The position numbers and the translations under genes were made by a program. Under the pieces are notes generated by a model, which did not search any database, was not told where the DNA came from, and was given only the letters and a program-made list of their open reading frames with translations. A stretch of 61,986 nucleotides of DNA, filler included, from Sphacelaria rigidula (Eukaryota): NCBI GenBank assembly GCA_964200075.2. It is 4 parts of 4 records of this genome, joined end to end, with 100 filler letters (N's around TTAATTAATTAA, not from the genome) between each part and the next. Parts side by side here need not be neighbours in the genome. Positions count along the whole stretch, not along the records: positions 31,049 to 46,470 come from CAXNAA020001758.1; positions 46,571 to 61,986 come from CAXNAA020001759.1; 2 more parts are not named here. One strand, written 5' to 3'. Positions 35,631 to 48,705 of the stretch are shown here, piece after piece (the first letter of the stretch is position 1; every line of letters begins with the position of its first letter).

Positions 35631-38600
35631 CATCCCACCACGTCACCAGGACCGTATCGCTGTCCATCGCCGGGCCTGACCTTCAGCCTTCTCTTAGTCT
35701 TAGTGGCGATGCACTCCCCTCTGAACACCAAAAAAACGGCGCTGATGCTATCGCCCGCCGTGGCGAGGGTTTGATGCATGGTGAGCGTCCGCATGGTTGC
35801 CAGAGCGGATAACTCTTCTCGAGTTTTTCCTGGCATGTTGTGGAAATACTGTCCGAAAAGCACGGACGATAAAATATGTCAAGAGTTCTGCCGAAAACAT
35901 CGCGTATCTAGTGTGGTAAACGACACAGTTTTGAAAAAATCGAGATCGTTGTCATTGGTGGGACGGGCGTTCAGGCGCTACTGTACGCGCCTGTTTTGCA
36001 CTGAGTACAGTGACAATGCTGCCGTCTAACTCACTGTTCCGAGGACCAGCATCGCCTTCTCACTGTTCCTCGCAGCTATAAAAGTCTGCAATCTTCGGCA
36101 CTCCCTGTAATGATCGGAACAAACGGTCCCGAGGTTGTTCAACGACGGCGCGTTTCAGTACCGTCATGATGTACTCATGGTGTAGCCAGGTAAGCGCACA
36201 CAGCGGACAGCACAACAGGGCGTACAATCCGAGAATTCGGAATGTCCAACCCGTTGCATCGAAGGAGTTATACACTACGATGTCGTCACCGCCAGAAAAA
36301 CAATAATCGGCATGACACTGCTCTATGGATGCACCAATACCGCACAGCACTATACTTTACGCAAAACCGTCGTCAACGAAAATCGGGAATAACCGATTAT
36401 TTTCAGCCCGCACACGCGGGTTTTGTACGAAAAGACACTACCGCCGGTACAGAACGAGTGGTGAACCAAGTACTAATATAGTGTTGCCAACTACTAGTGT
36501 TCGCCAACTATAGAACAGTTCATTTCGCACAGTCAGCCGTTGGTGCTATCAATACGTCGGAAGGGCTGACACTTTGCACAAAGCACACGGTCGCACTATC
36601 TTCTGTCTTTGTGAGATATGCAGATAAATTCCCTCTACCCGGTACTCTTATCGACATCGGCCAAAAACGGAGGAACTCGTGAAGGATCGCCTACTCGCTA
36701 TACCTCGAGGGGAGGACGAGGAGTTCGCAAGGAGCGGTACGAGTGATTGCCGTCGTCGTTCGAGTTTTTATTTTCCCCTGGTCTCCTATCCCGCCAATGA
36801 AGTGCTCTGACCCGAAAACGTCTCCCTCCCTGGACAGCGATGACATAGGACGGTAGCACCTTCACTTACAACGCCCGCCGTTGGCGAATACATGGAGGTC
36901 AAGCTGCTATCTTGACATTGGTGGCAATGGGTGATTTGGTCTCATTCATTCGAGACACCTATGATGATTCGCACTTGTTGGCTTATTTTTTCGTGTATGT
37001 GACCCCCATTCTGGACGAACTTACATAAAACATGACGTATAAAACGCACACATGCTAGGATTGTATCACTACTGCGGCTCCATATCGGCCCTGGAACGCC
37101 GTGCCTCAACATGACCGCCTGTCTGAGATCACGACAAAACCAGAGGGGGACTGCAAACGCTGTCAATCATGCATCATATCGCATTGGGACAAGTAACGTA
37201 CCACAACTCTGATAGTGGCAGACGTATGCGCTCGTGACACGACGGCAGTACTTTCAAATTGCTTGGGCTTTTTTCATATACTGCGTGAGATAGCGAGTCG
37301 ACACAAAAGAAAATACAGAAGGAGAAAACGCTTCATATTAACCGCAAATCACGCCCGATTTAGTTGACTTCTTCTTCACGTTGTGAACACATTACTGCAG
37401 GATGCATTTTTTCTATTTAGTTCTCAATTCCAACATTTGCCCTTCCTAAAGACGGGTCCGTGGTGGCAAGAGATGAAGCTATGCCTCTCCCGGCACGTGC
37501 CGTGCATTTTGGTTTCGCGGATTGGATCATGACCATCAGCACCCCCTCTCGCACCGCGTAGGCTATCGTCGTTTTCTACTCACGCCTACGTGCTTTCAAC
37601 GACGGAAATCAGATACTAGTACTCCTGAGGCAAAAGCCAAAGCATACGCATTTTTCGCGGCGTATTGTGTGCGCGTTGATTGCTACACCCAATCATCGCT
37701 GAGATAGGCCAACTTCCTTCCCTCGTGCTTTCGCAGGTAGGCTATCTCTGGATAACTTTAACGCAATGTCTGCGCATCGCCGCGCTCCTGCTTGTGTTGA
37801 GACTTAACCTGCACAATTCTGTGGCTGGATTCACTTCGTCGTTCGTGTACTATTGTTCTCTATTCCAAGCGGTTTTTGGATAAAAACATTGCTAAGATGA
37901 AGTCGATGCTATGGATGAGACGGTCGGTTCACTTTATTAGGCGGTCCCGGCATTTTCCTGTCCCTCTCTGCTCTGCGGAGCCCGTGAACATGACGTATGC
38001 CTCGCCATAGCACTCGCGATCTCGTCGAAATATTGTCCTGTCATCCGAGAGTATCAGGGTATACGAAGTGTGGATAGTGTTTCGAATAATTCCCAGTTTT
38101 GGTCGAAAGTTCTTGACAATTGTTGGGCTGCCTACCCGCGTCTTCAAATGCTGCATTTTGCTACCGGGGTTCGAAATGGTTTTTTACTGTTTAACAACGC
38201 TTCCAATGCTCAACGGTATCGAGGTTTAGCTGTCAGCAGTTTCGCGTCGCGTATATGATGCTGTTGAAGCTCACTGCCGGCTGGCGGCCAGATCGTGGTA
38301 ATGGTTGCTCTCGGATGGTGAAGGAGCCTGGCGGGGGACAAGGAATTGACGCCGTTCGGCTTCATGCCTATGCGAAATTGTGTTGAGCGATGGCCGTCCT
38401 GGAAAGGCACTTCAAGCGGGCTATAGATAAAAAAATGTCAACGAAACGCGCGAGGAAAATGGAAAACGCCATTGATGTCGGCCATCAAAACGAAACAATC
38501 GCACGAGAAGGGGGACTGCAACATGACGCTCCGTTCGTGCACGATTTCGGTGTCGTCGTGTGTGCGTGGTGTTTCGTCACAAACACAGCTGTACAGTATA

Positions 38601-41600
38601 TCTTGAGCATGTTGGCTCGCGACAGTTTCTCAGGAACCCTGATCGGGGTGTGAGAAGAATGGACCGAACTTACTTTGGAGTATGACGATGCTTCCGAACG
38701 ATCTACAAGTGCTTCCGAACGATTACCGAGCTATGTCAGCCATCTCAAACTAGAAAGTTAAGCTGGCAGCCAGGCTCAAATTTACCCGTAGTGGCACGTC
38801 ACTTCGCCCCTGGGTCAGTAAATCAACGCAAATGACCTCATGCTAAACACGAGGGACATGAACTGGGCAAGTGCATGTTTCACGTGCTGGACTTCGATGC
38901 CGCGCTTCTTGCTGTAGGGAATGGACCCAGACTTAGCTAAGAACATAGACATGGTACAGCAAACGCTCTGTTATCACTTGTACAGCGTTCGACTCAATCG
39001 ACGTGTCTAGTTACGGCATGGGACATGCCTGCCGGAAGCCATGAGCCCTCGCAGCTCCATACTTGCGGCGATCGCTGTCACTTGCTCTGCCGTAAGGTCG
39101 CGGCAGAATGAAACCTAATAACAACATATGCGAGACGGACAACGGCAAAAACGTAGGGCAGATACATCTTCACCTCCGTCTCCGCTATTGCTACAGAGGT
39201 ACACCGTGAAACCACCGGCTATCAATGGTGACGCGTGGCCAAACCTCGGCGAGGAATTACTGCTACATCGACAACATTTCTCGCTATTACTAGTGAAATG
39301 ATAACGACGTATGCATTTCTTCGCACGCGCCTGGGGAAACATTTTATCCAATATTTTCGCTCTGCTGCACTCCAGTGCGTGTCACTGAAATCGCGGAGCA
39401 GAAATGTTTTTGACCGACACTTCTTCGGACATCCTATACACCAGTCAACCACGTTTCGATCCACCAACCAACAGTCGACTTTACCCCTCGTGTTTTATCA
39501 TATCCATCGCAAGAGATTCCGAAAACGCCAGGGCAAGAAACAGAAGAATATCCCAAATCCCGATAACCGCACGAATACCTCCCTCTCGAGAGTGACATGT
39601 GCAGCGGCGTATGTTGACCGCGGAAGACGTGCCCTTGCGATGTATCAAACACCCGTACGTCTGATCCCGTCGCCTCCGTGCTCATATCGACAACGAAGCG
39701 TTAACGTAATCTCTGCCTGAGCGTAACGCCATTACGAAACACTCGCAATATTCACGGTTGAGCTGCGTTGCACACCGCATCGTGCTGTACCTTCCCCACT
39801 ATTTCGTCCGTTCCATAAGATCACGTAGGTTGGCATCAACGTCCTCGCGAAGGAAACATCAAAGACTTGACACTTGCATGAACAATAAATCTTGGACAAA
39901 GTTCGATAATGACTTCGTTTATTTTTTGTTCATGTTGAGACCTGAGTAATTGTACATCCAAACATTCCATTCTTTCTCGCTTCAGTGACGAAATACAGAG
40001 GAGCGGTGTTCATCCCCCCCCCCGCCGCCGCCCCGATCATGCGTTGGGATTCTGAATCGAACACTTCATGGCAAGTCTTCGCTTCGTGAAACCGATCGTT
40101 GACCTCAATGATTTTGATGTAACTGCGTATAGCTTCTGCCGCTGGTGACGTATTATCGCATCATATTGATAGTTTTAATTCAAGGAAGGGTGTTCGATGA
40201 TCATGTCGGTGGTTTTTCAATAATTAAGGACGCAATACGCTGCTGTGATATACCTTGTACATGCTGTAGCGACAGGAGGTGTCGATGTGTTTGCTACTCG
40301 TCCCCTTAGCTTTCATAATAAGCAGACGAGACGACTAGCAGTCACAAGCGAAAACAATCCCCAACACCTTGTGAATCACTTCTACGTGTGATCATTTGTA
40401 TCCACATTTATCTAAATAAGACACGAATTGAGTACGACGCGAATCTTATCGCGCTTGATCCCTTCGTCCTTTTCGTTGCATGCTGTGCGGCGGAGTCGAT
40501 ATGCCTCTGCCTTTAGCCTCATGATGGGTTACTTCAAAAATTCCCCCAACCGCACAGACAGACATCCTGAAATAACGCGTGATACGTGATCGAGTTTATT
40601 CTTGGTTGTCGCTTGTCCTTTCACTGCCGAATTTGTGTCTAAACTCCATATCCTTTCTCAAATTGCGCTCACGCTGTCCATGAGATACTGCCGAGCGGTG
40701 TCAATGTTCTCGCTGCTCCTGCCTTTTGGCTCCATTTCGAACACTTCACGAGCTGCTTCCTTCAGAGGATCAGGATGTCTACGCTGTGCAGCATCCTCTG
40801 CGACCATCCTTGCGAACGCACTCCTGCCGTCGAAATAATGCGGAGGCAGGAATATCTCCGAATTTCTTGCAAGCATGACCTACCTCAGCGGGTATCGTCG
40901 TTTACACCAAACACGTACTGCTTCGAAACAGGATGTGAATCAGTCGTGGCTGTCTTTCAGCCTAGTCCTGAGTATTTGAGTCATGTTCTGTAGTGCGATA
41001 TCGTAGGTGGAACATATAAGGACTGCTTCACAACCTCTTTGCCACTTGATGGAGAAACGTTCAGCCCTGCCGCTCACTTACCCTCAGCAAACAGGCACTT
41101 CCGGTTTGATCAGAGGTTTTTTGACGCGTGCTTTTGTCTGGGGCAGCTAACGACTAGGGGGGAGGGTACACCGCGTCGTTTTGACCACTTCATTTTACAG
41201 TATGGTGCAGGACTATAGTTCACGGCGAGCAAGTAGCGGAGACCTGACGAATTTTCGTCCACCTTTGCAGAGGTGGCGCGTTCTTTCCGTATGCGCACTA
41301 CGTGAAATCCGTGAAAAAACAGGCGAAATGACGCTGAGTGTAGCTGCAAAGTTACTGATTTCATCAGAGGTATCTTGAAGGCTGACTTAGGGCAAGGTGG
41401 CAACCCGTACTTGTTGGTCTTCAGTACCCTTTAGGCGATCGTGTTCTGGCCATACATTATTACCATCTCTGGCCTATGTTGCTCTTTTTTCAGGCCACCA
41501 TTATGCCCCTTGTCGAACGAATACGGCATACCTCAACTGCACTTGCACGTGTGGGACCGGCCGCATCGCCCATTGTTCACTTAAATGGTCCACTAGCGCT

Positions 41601-44109
41601 ACCATCTATGCTTCTTAGAATCCTGCCTAAACATTCCTAGAAGTTGCTTCCTCCCCTTCACTTCCAAGAAAGATACTCGTAAATTCCGTCGGATTTTCAC
41701 GGGCGCAAGGAAAAGACGGGCCTAGATGTCTCTACCTCCCCTCAACCGTATTACTTCCTGCTTTTTTTGGACAAGTACCTACAGTTATGGCGCTACGGGA
41801 TCACTTGCACACCATCGTTTCTCACAAACTACACTACACTATACTTGGGGAATCATATCGGTTTCAACACTTGTAATGCAGTCGACGTTAAATGAACCGC
41901 GGTATTAGTCTTTAACTGAATGCTTAAAACAGTGCTTCCCTGTTTAAAAGCATACCTGGAGCATCGCAGGATCGCTTCCCAATCTTGACGCCTCACAGAT
42001 AACAGTTCGGCCTTACCGTCCGTGCGCTCCCCTGTTTCCTCCACCGTCTTGCTTCCGACTTCAGATGTGACTATTCGTCGAATTTCTGCGGGAGCAGTTT
42101 TGGCGTACTCTTCCAAATCCAACAAAGGGTCGCTCGGTGACAGATCGGAGGAGAGAGGTACGCCGAATTCGTCACCTGGTCCAAGCACCCGAGCACCCTT
42201 GCGGGGGGGTGATGGAAGCAAAGCCATATTCGACAAGTGCGGCGAGAGATCTACAAAATTTGCAACGAGACAGGTACACTATTAATAGTCGAGAAATCGC
42301 GCACGGGTAGCCATCAGTGATGTCGTAGAGCATTGGTTTTACTACTATGGAACTGTTTCATCCCATCCGTTTCATAGCCGACGACCCCGAGTTCGGGAGG
42401 TCGGAAATGTGGTGCGCTGAGGCTTGTCTCATGATATCACGCGGTGAGTGCAGCTAGCAATCACACTCGCGCCCCAACGTTGGGATCGGCGCCCATATCG
42501 GCATCCGTATTTTCTGTATTTATGATTACGTTGTGATTATTGGTTGTCAGAGTGCGGAATAAATCCCATTTGACATTTCTTCCACATCCCACATGGCATT
42601 TCTTCCAGGAGGGATAGTCCAGCACACCAAAGCGAGCACGACATTTATCCAGTGGAGTCTTACAGCAAACCTGTCTTCGGCAGCACTGGACGGACAATAG
42701 CGCTGTCATGAATAGCCGCCCAGGAGCAGGACCTGAGTCGCTTCAGGAGCAAACTCGATACGCTTTCAAAGCAAGACGATTCCTGGCGGTAGGTGTGCTT
42801 GTGTCGAAGAACTAAGCGTTGTATCCTGTACGTGAACGGTGGAACTGTTGCAGTTTTATTGCTATACAAGTGATTTAAGTTAGAGGCACCATTTGCACAC
42901 AGGTGATCCGTTTGGGGATCAGCAGCTCTCCACATTTGTTCCCGGGTCATGTCAACGTTCTTGTATTTTCAGGGCGAGACATTTTAGCATTGGCTTCGCC
43001 GATCGAGGGATATGCAAGGACGTTATAAACGCTGAGAACTCTAGCTTTCTACCTATGCACGTTAAAAAAGCCAGAACAACACATATCATAAACGAGGGTC
43101 ACGAAAATGCCAATTGGCCCCTGTGAGCTTCTGTGTCTGCAGGGCTCAGTTAAGACGCATACCTGACATATCAGTTTTAATTCAGTATGACATCAGATGT
43201 GAATAAAAAGGAGGGAGTGGTTAACGTGCTCGTGTGCGCACTAGTATATGGCGAACTACCGCAAGCACAGCGGTCGATCAGATTGGTCTGCTTATCAACG
43301 CTCGCGGCCAACGATAATCTACGGTTCTGAGACCTTCTATCAGGCGGTTCAAATCTTGTGACGACTCCCCATGGAGACGCATCATTTTCCGGGGAAGCAC
43401 GCATCAGGCTTTCGCGCGGTAGCCCGTCAACGTTCTGCGTGTCTCACCTCCGCTCCCTCTCTGTCGTTGATGTTCGGAGAGGTGATAATTCTCCCCCTTA
43501 ATACCACGTACGACCGCATGGCAGGGGAATGCTTGAGGTACACCACATCGCCCGGCGCAGAAAACTCCAACTGACATTTTTTAGGAATTCAGATTCGCAC
43601 AGTGTACAGTGAGGATGAAAAAAAATGAACCATGCAGGTTACACTCCGTGCAAGGATGAATAAAAGTACGTTTCACATAGGGTCTGAAGAAATCATTACT
43701 GCCAGGCGAAACTGCGAGTATTGGTGATACTCAGATCCTGCATGGTGCTCCATCGGCTTCACCAAACTCATCTTCCCCACATATAACTTGAGAAGTGCCA
43801 CTTTCTTGATACATGGCACTTTCAAAAAACATTCTGCTCTTTACGCATTGTATATTTCCCGTTTTGTGTGGTCCGTCACATCCGGCTACCATAAAATAAA
43901 AAATGTAAACCTCACCGTACTCTCGGGGCTTGGTGCCCCCCTCTCAAAGGTCTTACGTGAAGATTTCGAGCGAGCTCGATGCACTGAATCTTTTGCAGGA
44001 AGTCGAACGGGGTCCACAACAGTCCCAGTCTTTCCAGGGCATCTTGAAACTTGACCAGCTCGCTTAGCGTGCGGTCATCTGATTCTCGTCTCGCCACCGA
44101 CCGAACCAA
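35631..44109 (-). CDS. multi-exon gene encoding at least three cyclic-nucleotide-binding (cNMP/CAP_ED-like) domains; exons 44109-43957, 43570-43448, 42197-41956, 40823-40673, 39114-39029, 38037-37933, 36829-36704, 36104-36035, 35848-35631; both ends of the gene unresolved
   Basis: Nine exons with AG acceptors and GT donors (one GC) join in compatible phase without stops. Domain 1: LEFSAPGDVVYLKHSPAMRSYVVLRGRI..RVLGPGDEFG..ELLSVRRQDWEAIL. Domain 2: VSFCRDLTAEQVTAIAASMELRGLMASGRTIFRRD..AYVMFTGS..LIKEGDVFG..RTTTAITRTAPCELLVL. Domain 3: YFHNMPGKTREELSALATMRTLTMHQTLATAGDSISAVFLVFRGEC..YGPGDVVG. Further candidate exons lie at 44.5-45.3 kb and 31.9-34.2 kb. Confidence 0.8.
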
Positions 44110-46470
44110 CTGCACCACTCAGATACGAGAATGTTGCAATCAGTGGTTAGTGTTAGGTGTAGAGAGACACCTGGAGGTGAGGCACCGCTGGCTGCACCGC
44201 GCGTGGGTACCCTGATCGCTGGATACCGCCGTCACAATGATGACGTTGACACTTGCTTCTTAGCGTACGAATTGTTTGCAACCAGAAGAAAGTTACATCA
44301 TGTCGCAGTAACACTAAACACTGGTTGGGATGTGACCAAAGGGTCCCAGCAGAGGAGGCAAGCGACTATCACCCTCTCGATCTAACATGCAGGGATAGTG
44401 CGTCAGGCTTCGATATCTTGTGGGAGACTAATAGTGCTCAGAGGTCACAAAATGTGACAGCAAGAATCGCAACTGCATGCCCCTTTTGTGCTGCCTACTG
44501 CAGGTCCACTTGGCTGCGCATTTTCGCATCGCCGCCGACTTTCGGCTCTTGTACACTTGAGAAATGATTGCCATATCCCGCTTAGCACGACTTCGCTCAT
44601 ATCCTTCATGGATTGGATGTCTGATTTCAACGTCCCCCCTGGCAGCATTAGTATACATAAAACGAATATTTCGAGCCACTGCGCTGTGTTGGTAGCACGT
44701 GTATGCACGCGCGCTTCGCGTGAACTACTACATCGTGGTGCCTGTAAAATAAACGAAGCATGACTTCCAACTTTTCTCCACTATTTCGTATGTGTAAACG
44801 TCAGTTTTTGGGCAAAATATACAAATCCACCTCGGGCAAGGTATTCTAGCCGTACGCTTGCCCGGAAAGCAGCTGCCGGCTGCTGAACTCACCTGTATTG
44901 CTGCATGAACGTAATGTGACTTGTATTCGCAATGCATTTCGGTTTTTCAAGTGCTTTTTGCATGCTAAACTGTATTACGTATGGATGGATCATCTTGAGG
45001 GAGTCAGCCTTGTGGCCCTCTTCATCAGAACACAGGCAGGGCATACGAACAACTATCGCCGGCATAGTAGTACGTGAAATGTGGGTGATGCATGAAGCGC
45101 GTGAGGCATGAAGCGCGATAGCGATACGCTGTGCTGGTCTACGCTCAACCATTTCCAGATCACCTCGAGCAAGGCAGCCTCGTCTCGCTCTTGCTCCGAA
45201 AACGGATCATCGTGAAGCGTGAGGTACAGCATTGTGCCTTCGACGTTTCCTTTTTGTTCGTCCCCGGTAGTTCACCGCGGCGACGTCTCAATCTGCTGCA
45301 GTGTATTATTTTCAAGACGCGATTAATATCGTGCACAATGCACGACGTTTAGCACCATTTCGGGACAGGTCCGGTTGGAGAAGAGCAAGCCGTACGAGCG
45401 TACAGAGTTCATACGGAAATTCCACGCTGAGGTAACGTCTCATACAGTCTGATATACCGCAAAGTATGGTGAATATCACTCATACGTAGTATACCACGCT
45501 CCCTGAACAACACATGTGAGCGGTGGAATTTCGGTTTTATCTGAATACCAAGTTTCACACAGAGTGCATACAAGTCGTGTCAATATATGTTATGCTTTCG
45601 GCTATTCCAGTCAAACATAGTAACAGTTTATCACGGTGAACATGTCCTCTCACCCTCCGCTTCTCCTGCTCAAGCACGTCTGAGAAAACAGCATATGGAT
45701 TCCTATCTGCTGTAGAGAAATCGTCGTTTCTCAGTCAACCGGTCAACTGTTTGGATCAATAGTGCTTTGCTATTGTCGAACCCATCGTGCATGCCGAGCA
45801 AATCCCCAGTGCCAATTGTAGGCCTCAAAATGCCCCGTTTTGTCTAGATGTGTCACAAGCAAAGTCGATCGCTTTCAGGTTTGACGAATTCGATATGCGC
45901 GATTTGATCGCTCGCGTAGTCAACACAAATGCCAGCCACAATATCATTGACCCCGGGTAATTTTTAGCCTGTCTTTCGAACTTGTGTCCGCTCATCACAC
46001 TGAGCTGGACAGGAATTTGAAGCCCTGAGCTGCGTCAGCGGACACGTCTCGGTTCGGGCAGTGAGTAATATAGGATAATTCCGGTAAACGTACAACCAGC
46101 ATAAACATCGAGAAGGGGAGTCGTTCGACGATTCAGGGGGGGGGGGTATACTCATGATCATGCATGCCATAGTCATGAGACCATTGGGACACTCATTTGT
46201 TGCTTGCCTCAGTCGTTTCACCATTGACCACGCACCTCCTTCGAGACGGAGCACTGTGGGGAGGGGCATACTCATTTTTTGCTTGCCCGGGTCGTTTGAT
46301 CTTTGACCATGCATCTCTTTCGAGACGGAGAACCGTTCCTACTACTAAGAGAGAAACTTCTAACGTTTAGGTGCTAGAGTAGATAGAGGGGGGGGGGGGG
46401 GGTACTCATGATGATAGGGGGGGGGTGCGGGGCATACTAATTATTTTTTTGCCTTAGTTTTTTGACCCTT

Positions 46471-46570
46471 NNNNNNNNNNNNNNNNNNNNNNNNNNNNNN
46501 NNNNNNNNNNNNNNTTAATTAATTAANNNNNNNNNNNNNNNNNNNNNNNNNNNNNNNNNNNNNNNNNNNN
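46471..46570. other. artificial contig spacer N44-TTAATTAATTAA-N44
   Basis: Identical 100-bp spacer. Confidence 0.98.
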
Positions 46571-46616
<46 letters not shown>

Positions 46617-46619
46617 TAA
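46571..46619 (+). repeat. (ATA)n microsatellite at contig start
   Basis: Direct reading. Confidence 0.95.
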
Positions 46620-46892
46620 GTGAACGGTGGCGTTTGCGAGGAGATCGTACAGATTATGCACCGGCTCCCGGAGAATCATTGTGTTTCGGTGCGATTTCGG
46701 TTCGTTCTATTGGCTAGCTTGAAGAGATGTTGAGAATGACACAGTTCGTCCCATGCAAATTCAAGTCTTCACTGTAGAACAGAGAGTCGACGGCACAGTA
46801 GCCGGTACAGTTACTGTTCGAGGTGCTATTCGAGTGAGGGCTGATTACCGGATGGTCGAAAATAATGGTCGTTACTATAAATCATTTGCCAT

Positions 46893-47070
46893 CAACCCTA
46901 AACCTAATTCTAACCCTAACCCCGCCCAAGGCGTAAGAGATCCATCGTGCATCGGGGGTGCAGAGGGTTTCCTAGACAAGGTGTGCATTGGCAGACCTCT
47001 GCACAGATTTTGGACGAAACACGTTCTGGACGAGCTACGCACTCGGAACTATCAGTCCCTTCAGAGACCT
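46893..47070 (+). repeat. ~190-bp repeat headed by degenerate CCCTAA motifs; further copies at ~47662-47845 and ~49160-49350
   Basis: Shared blocks aaccctaaccc..., gg.tgcag.gggt..cct, gtgtgc.ttgg.agacc and ttctggacgagcta/gagcacttgggac. Confidence 0.7.
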
Positions 47071-47500
47071 TAGTATCGGTGTTGACACTATTACAGTATC
47101 AAGTCACAACCATCGTTTCCGACCATTTGGTAATGTCTTTTGCATCGGGCTCCGAATATATACAAAAGTTTGCACAAGGTAGCCCGGATCTTCCCGGTGG
47201 AAGAATTGAGCAAGCCGATCAGACAACGAGGACCAAATGACAGACACAAACACATACACGTGCATCCTCGCACCAAAACTAAGTAAGTTACTCCGTAAAA
47301 TAATTCATGGAACATACGCACACAGACACGCCCACCCCGAAACAAAGCTACTCCGGATCAGACCGGTCCTCCTAGTTTTGTTCGGGACACTCAACCAAGG
47401 GCCCAACTTGACCAGCCTGGTTCTCCCCGGCGACTTGATCGATTCGAACGCTGATTTTTGCGTTGTGTGCTTCAAAACCCGAATGCAGAACGCTGCGGTT

Positions 47501-47593
47501 GCCATTTCAGCGAAAGTCCCGCGGTTGGCAGAGTGAACCAGGAAACGCCATTTCAGCGAAAGTCCCGCGGTTGGTAGAGTAAACTAGAAAACG
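47501..47593 (+). repeat. 46-bp tandem duplication
   Basis: gccatttcagcgaaagtcccgcggttgg.agagt.aac.ag.aaac starts at 47501 and 47547. Confidence 0.9.
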
Positions 47594-47859
47594 ACTTTAT
47601 TTTTAGGGCTGTTCACGAAATGGTCGGGGATCATGGTTGGTACTATACAGAGAGTGCCACCAATCCTAACCGTGACCCTAACCCTGACCAAGACATAAGA
47701 GACTCCTTGGGCACGGGAGATGCAGAGGGTGTCCTGGGCAAAGTGTGCGTTGGTAGTTGACAGACCTCAGGCGCCGACCTGGACAAAAAATAGTTCTGGA
47801 CGAGCTAGGAGCACTTGGGACTCCCAGCCCCTGTAAAGATCCGATTATCGGTGTACATT

Positions 47860-48705
47860 CGGACCCTTAGACGGGATTCCATCAGTCCATCCGGATCGTA
47901 TATGTTTCCTTCAAGTGAAGTTGATGCCGATTCCGCCTACCTCGCGATTGAAGGGTGTAGGGCACGCTTTGGCGAGGGTAGGTCACCTGCTGAATCGGCA
48001 TCAATATCCACTTGAAAAAGTACATATAATCCAGATGGACTATCCGCACCGTAGTATAAGGGTAATAAAAAGTACGAATTCGTGATCTAGATGGACTACC
48101 CGCACCACGGTCTAAGGGTTAACTTTTTGAGAGTAGGTTATCTGCTGAATCGGCATCAAAATTCACTTGAAAAAAGTATTCATGATCCAGATGGACTGCC
48201 CGCACAGTGGTCCCTTTGACTCCGAGGATAGGTCACCTGATGAATCGGCATCAATTTCACTTGAAAAAAATAATTGATCCAGATGGACAACCCGCCACGG
48301 TCGAAGGGCTGAAATCAAGTCGTAACCATTATTTTCGATCATTATTAGGGACACTATCGCGTGTGCTTTTTCAGGTTTGAGGGTGCGACGGCGAGACCAG
48401 GTCATCTGTTGACTCGGCATCGATTTCACTTGAAAAACGTATATTTTCTCCAAATGGACTACCGTCGCAGTCTAGGGGTCATTGAGTTAAGTATGCACGG
48501 AGACCTGGTCCAACCCAGGGTCAATTTGTGATTCGGCATCATCTTTGTTAGTAGTTTTCAAGTGAAAGTGATCCACAGTGGGCTCTCACTCGCGGTTATT
48601 CACGCCGGCCCCAGAGGGTTGACCCTTCTGGTGCGAGGGTAGTCCATCTGGATCATGCACACTCTTTTCGAGTGGAATTGGTGCCGATTCAACAGATGAC
48701 CTCGG
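47860..48705. repeat. cluster of ~75-90-bp motifs in both orientations, probably decayed piggyBac-type MITE arms
   Basis: AGGTCAYCTG.TGAATCGGCATCAATTTCACTTGAAAAA...GATCCAGATGGACT.CCGCAC at ~47980, 48135, 48230 and 48399; inverted at ~47884 and ~48632; another copy at ~50935. One copy ends ggtctaagggTTAA (~48109-48122). Confidence 0.7.

Noticed and set aside
42660-42783. Additional exon of the cNMP gene
   Set aside because: The flanking exons 43570-43448 and 42197-41956 already join in phase and give a continuous domain.
47860-48705. CRISPR-like repeat-spacer pattern
   Set aside because: Repeats are ~75-90 bp, diverged, in both orientations and irregularly spaced; better explained as MITE relics.
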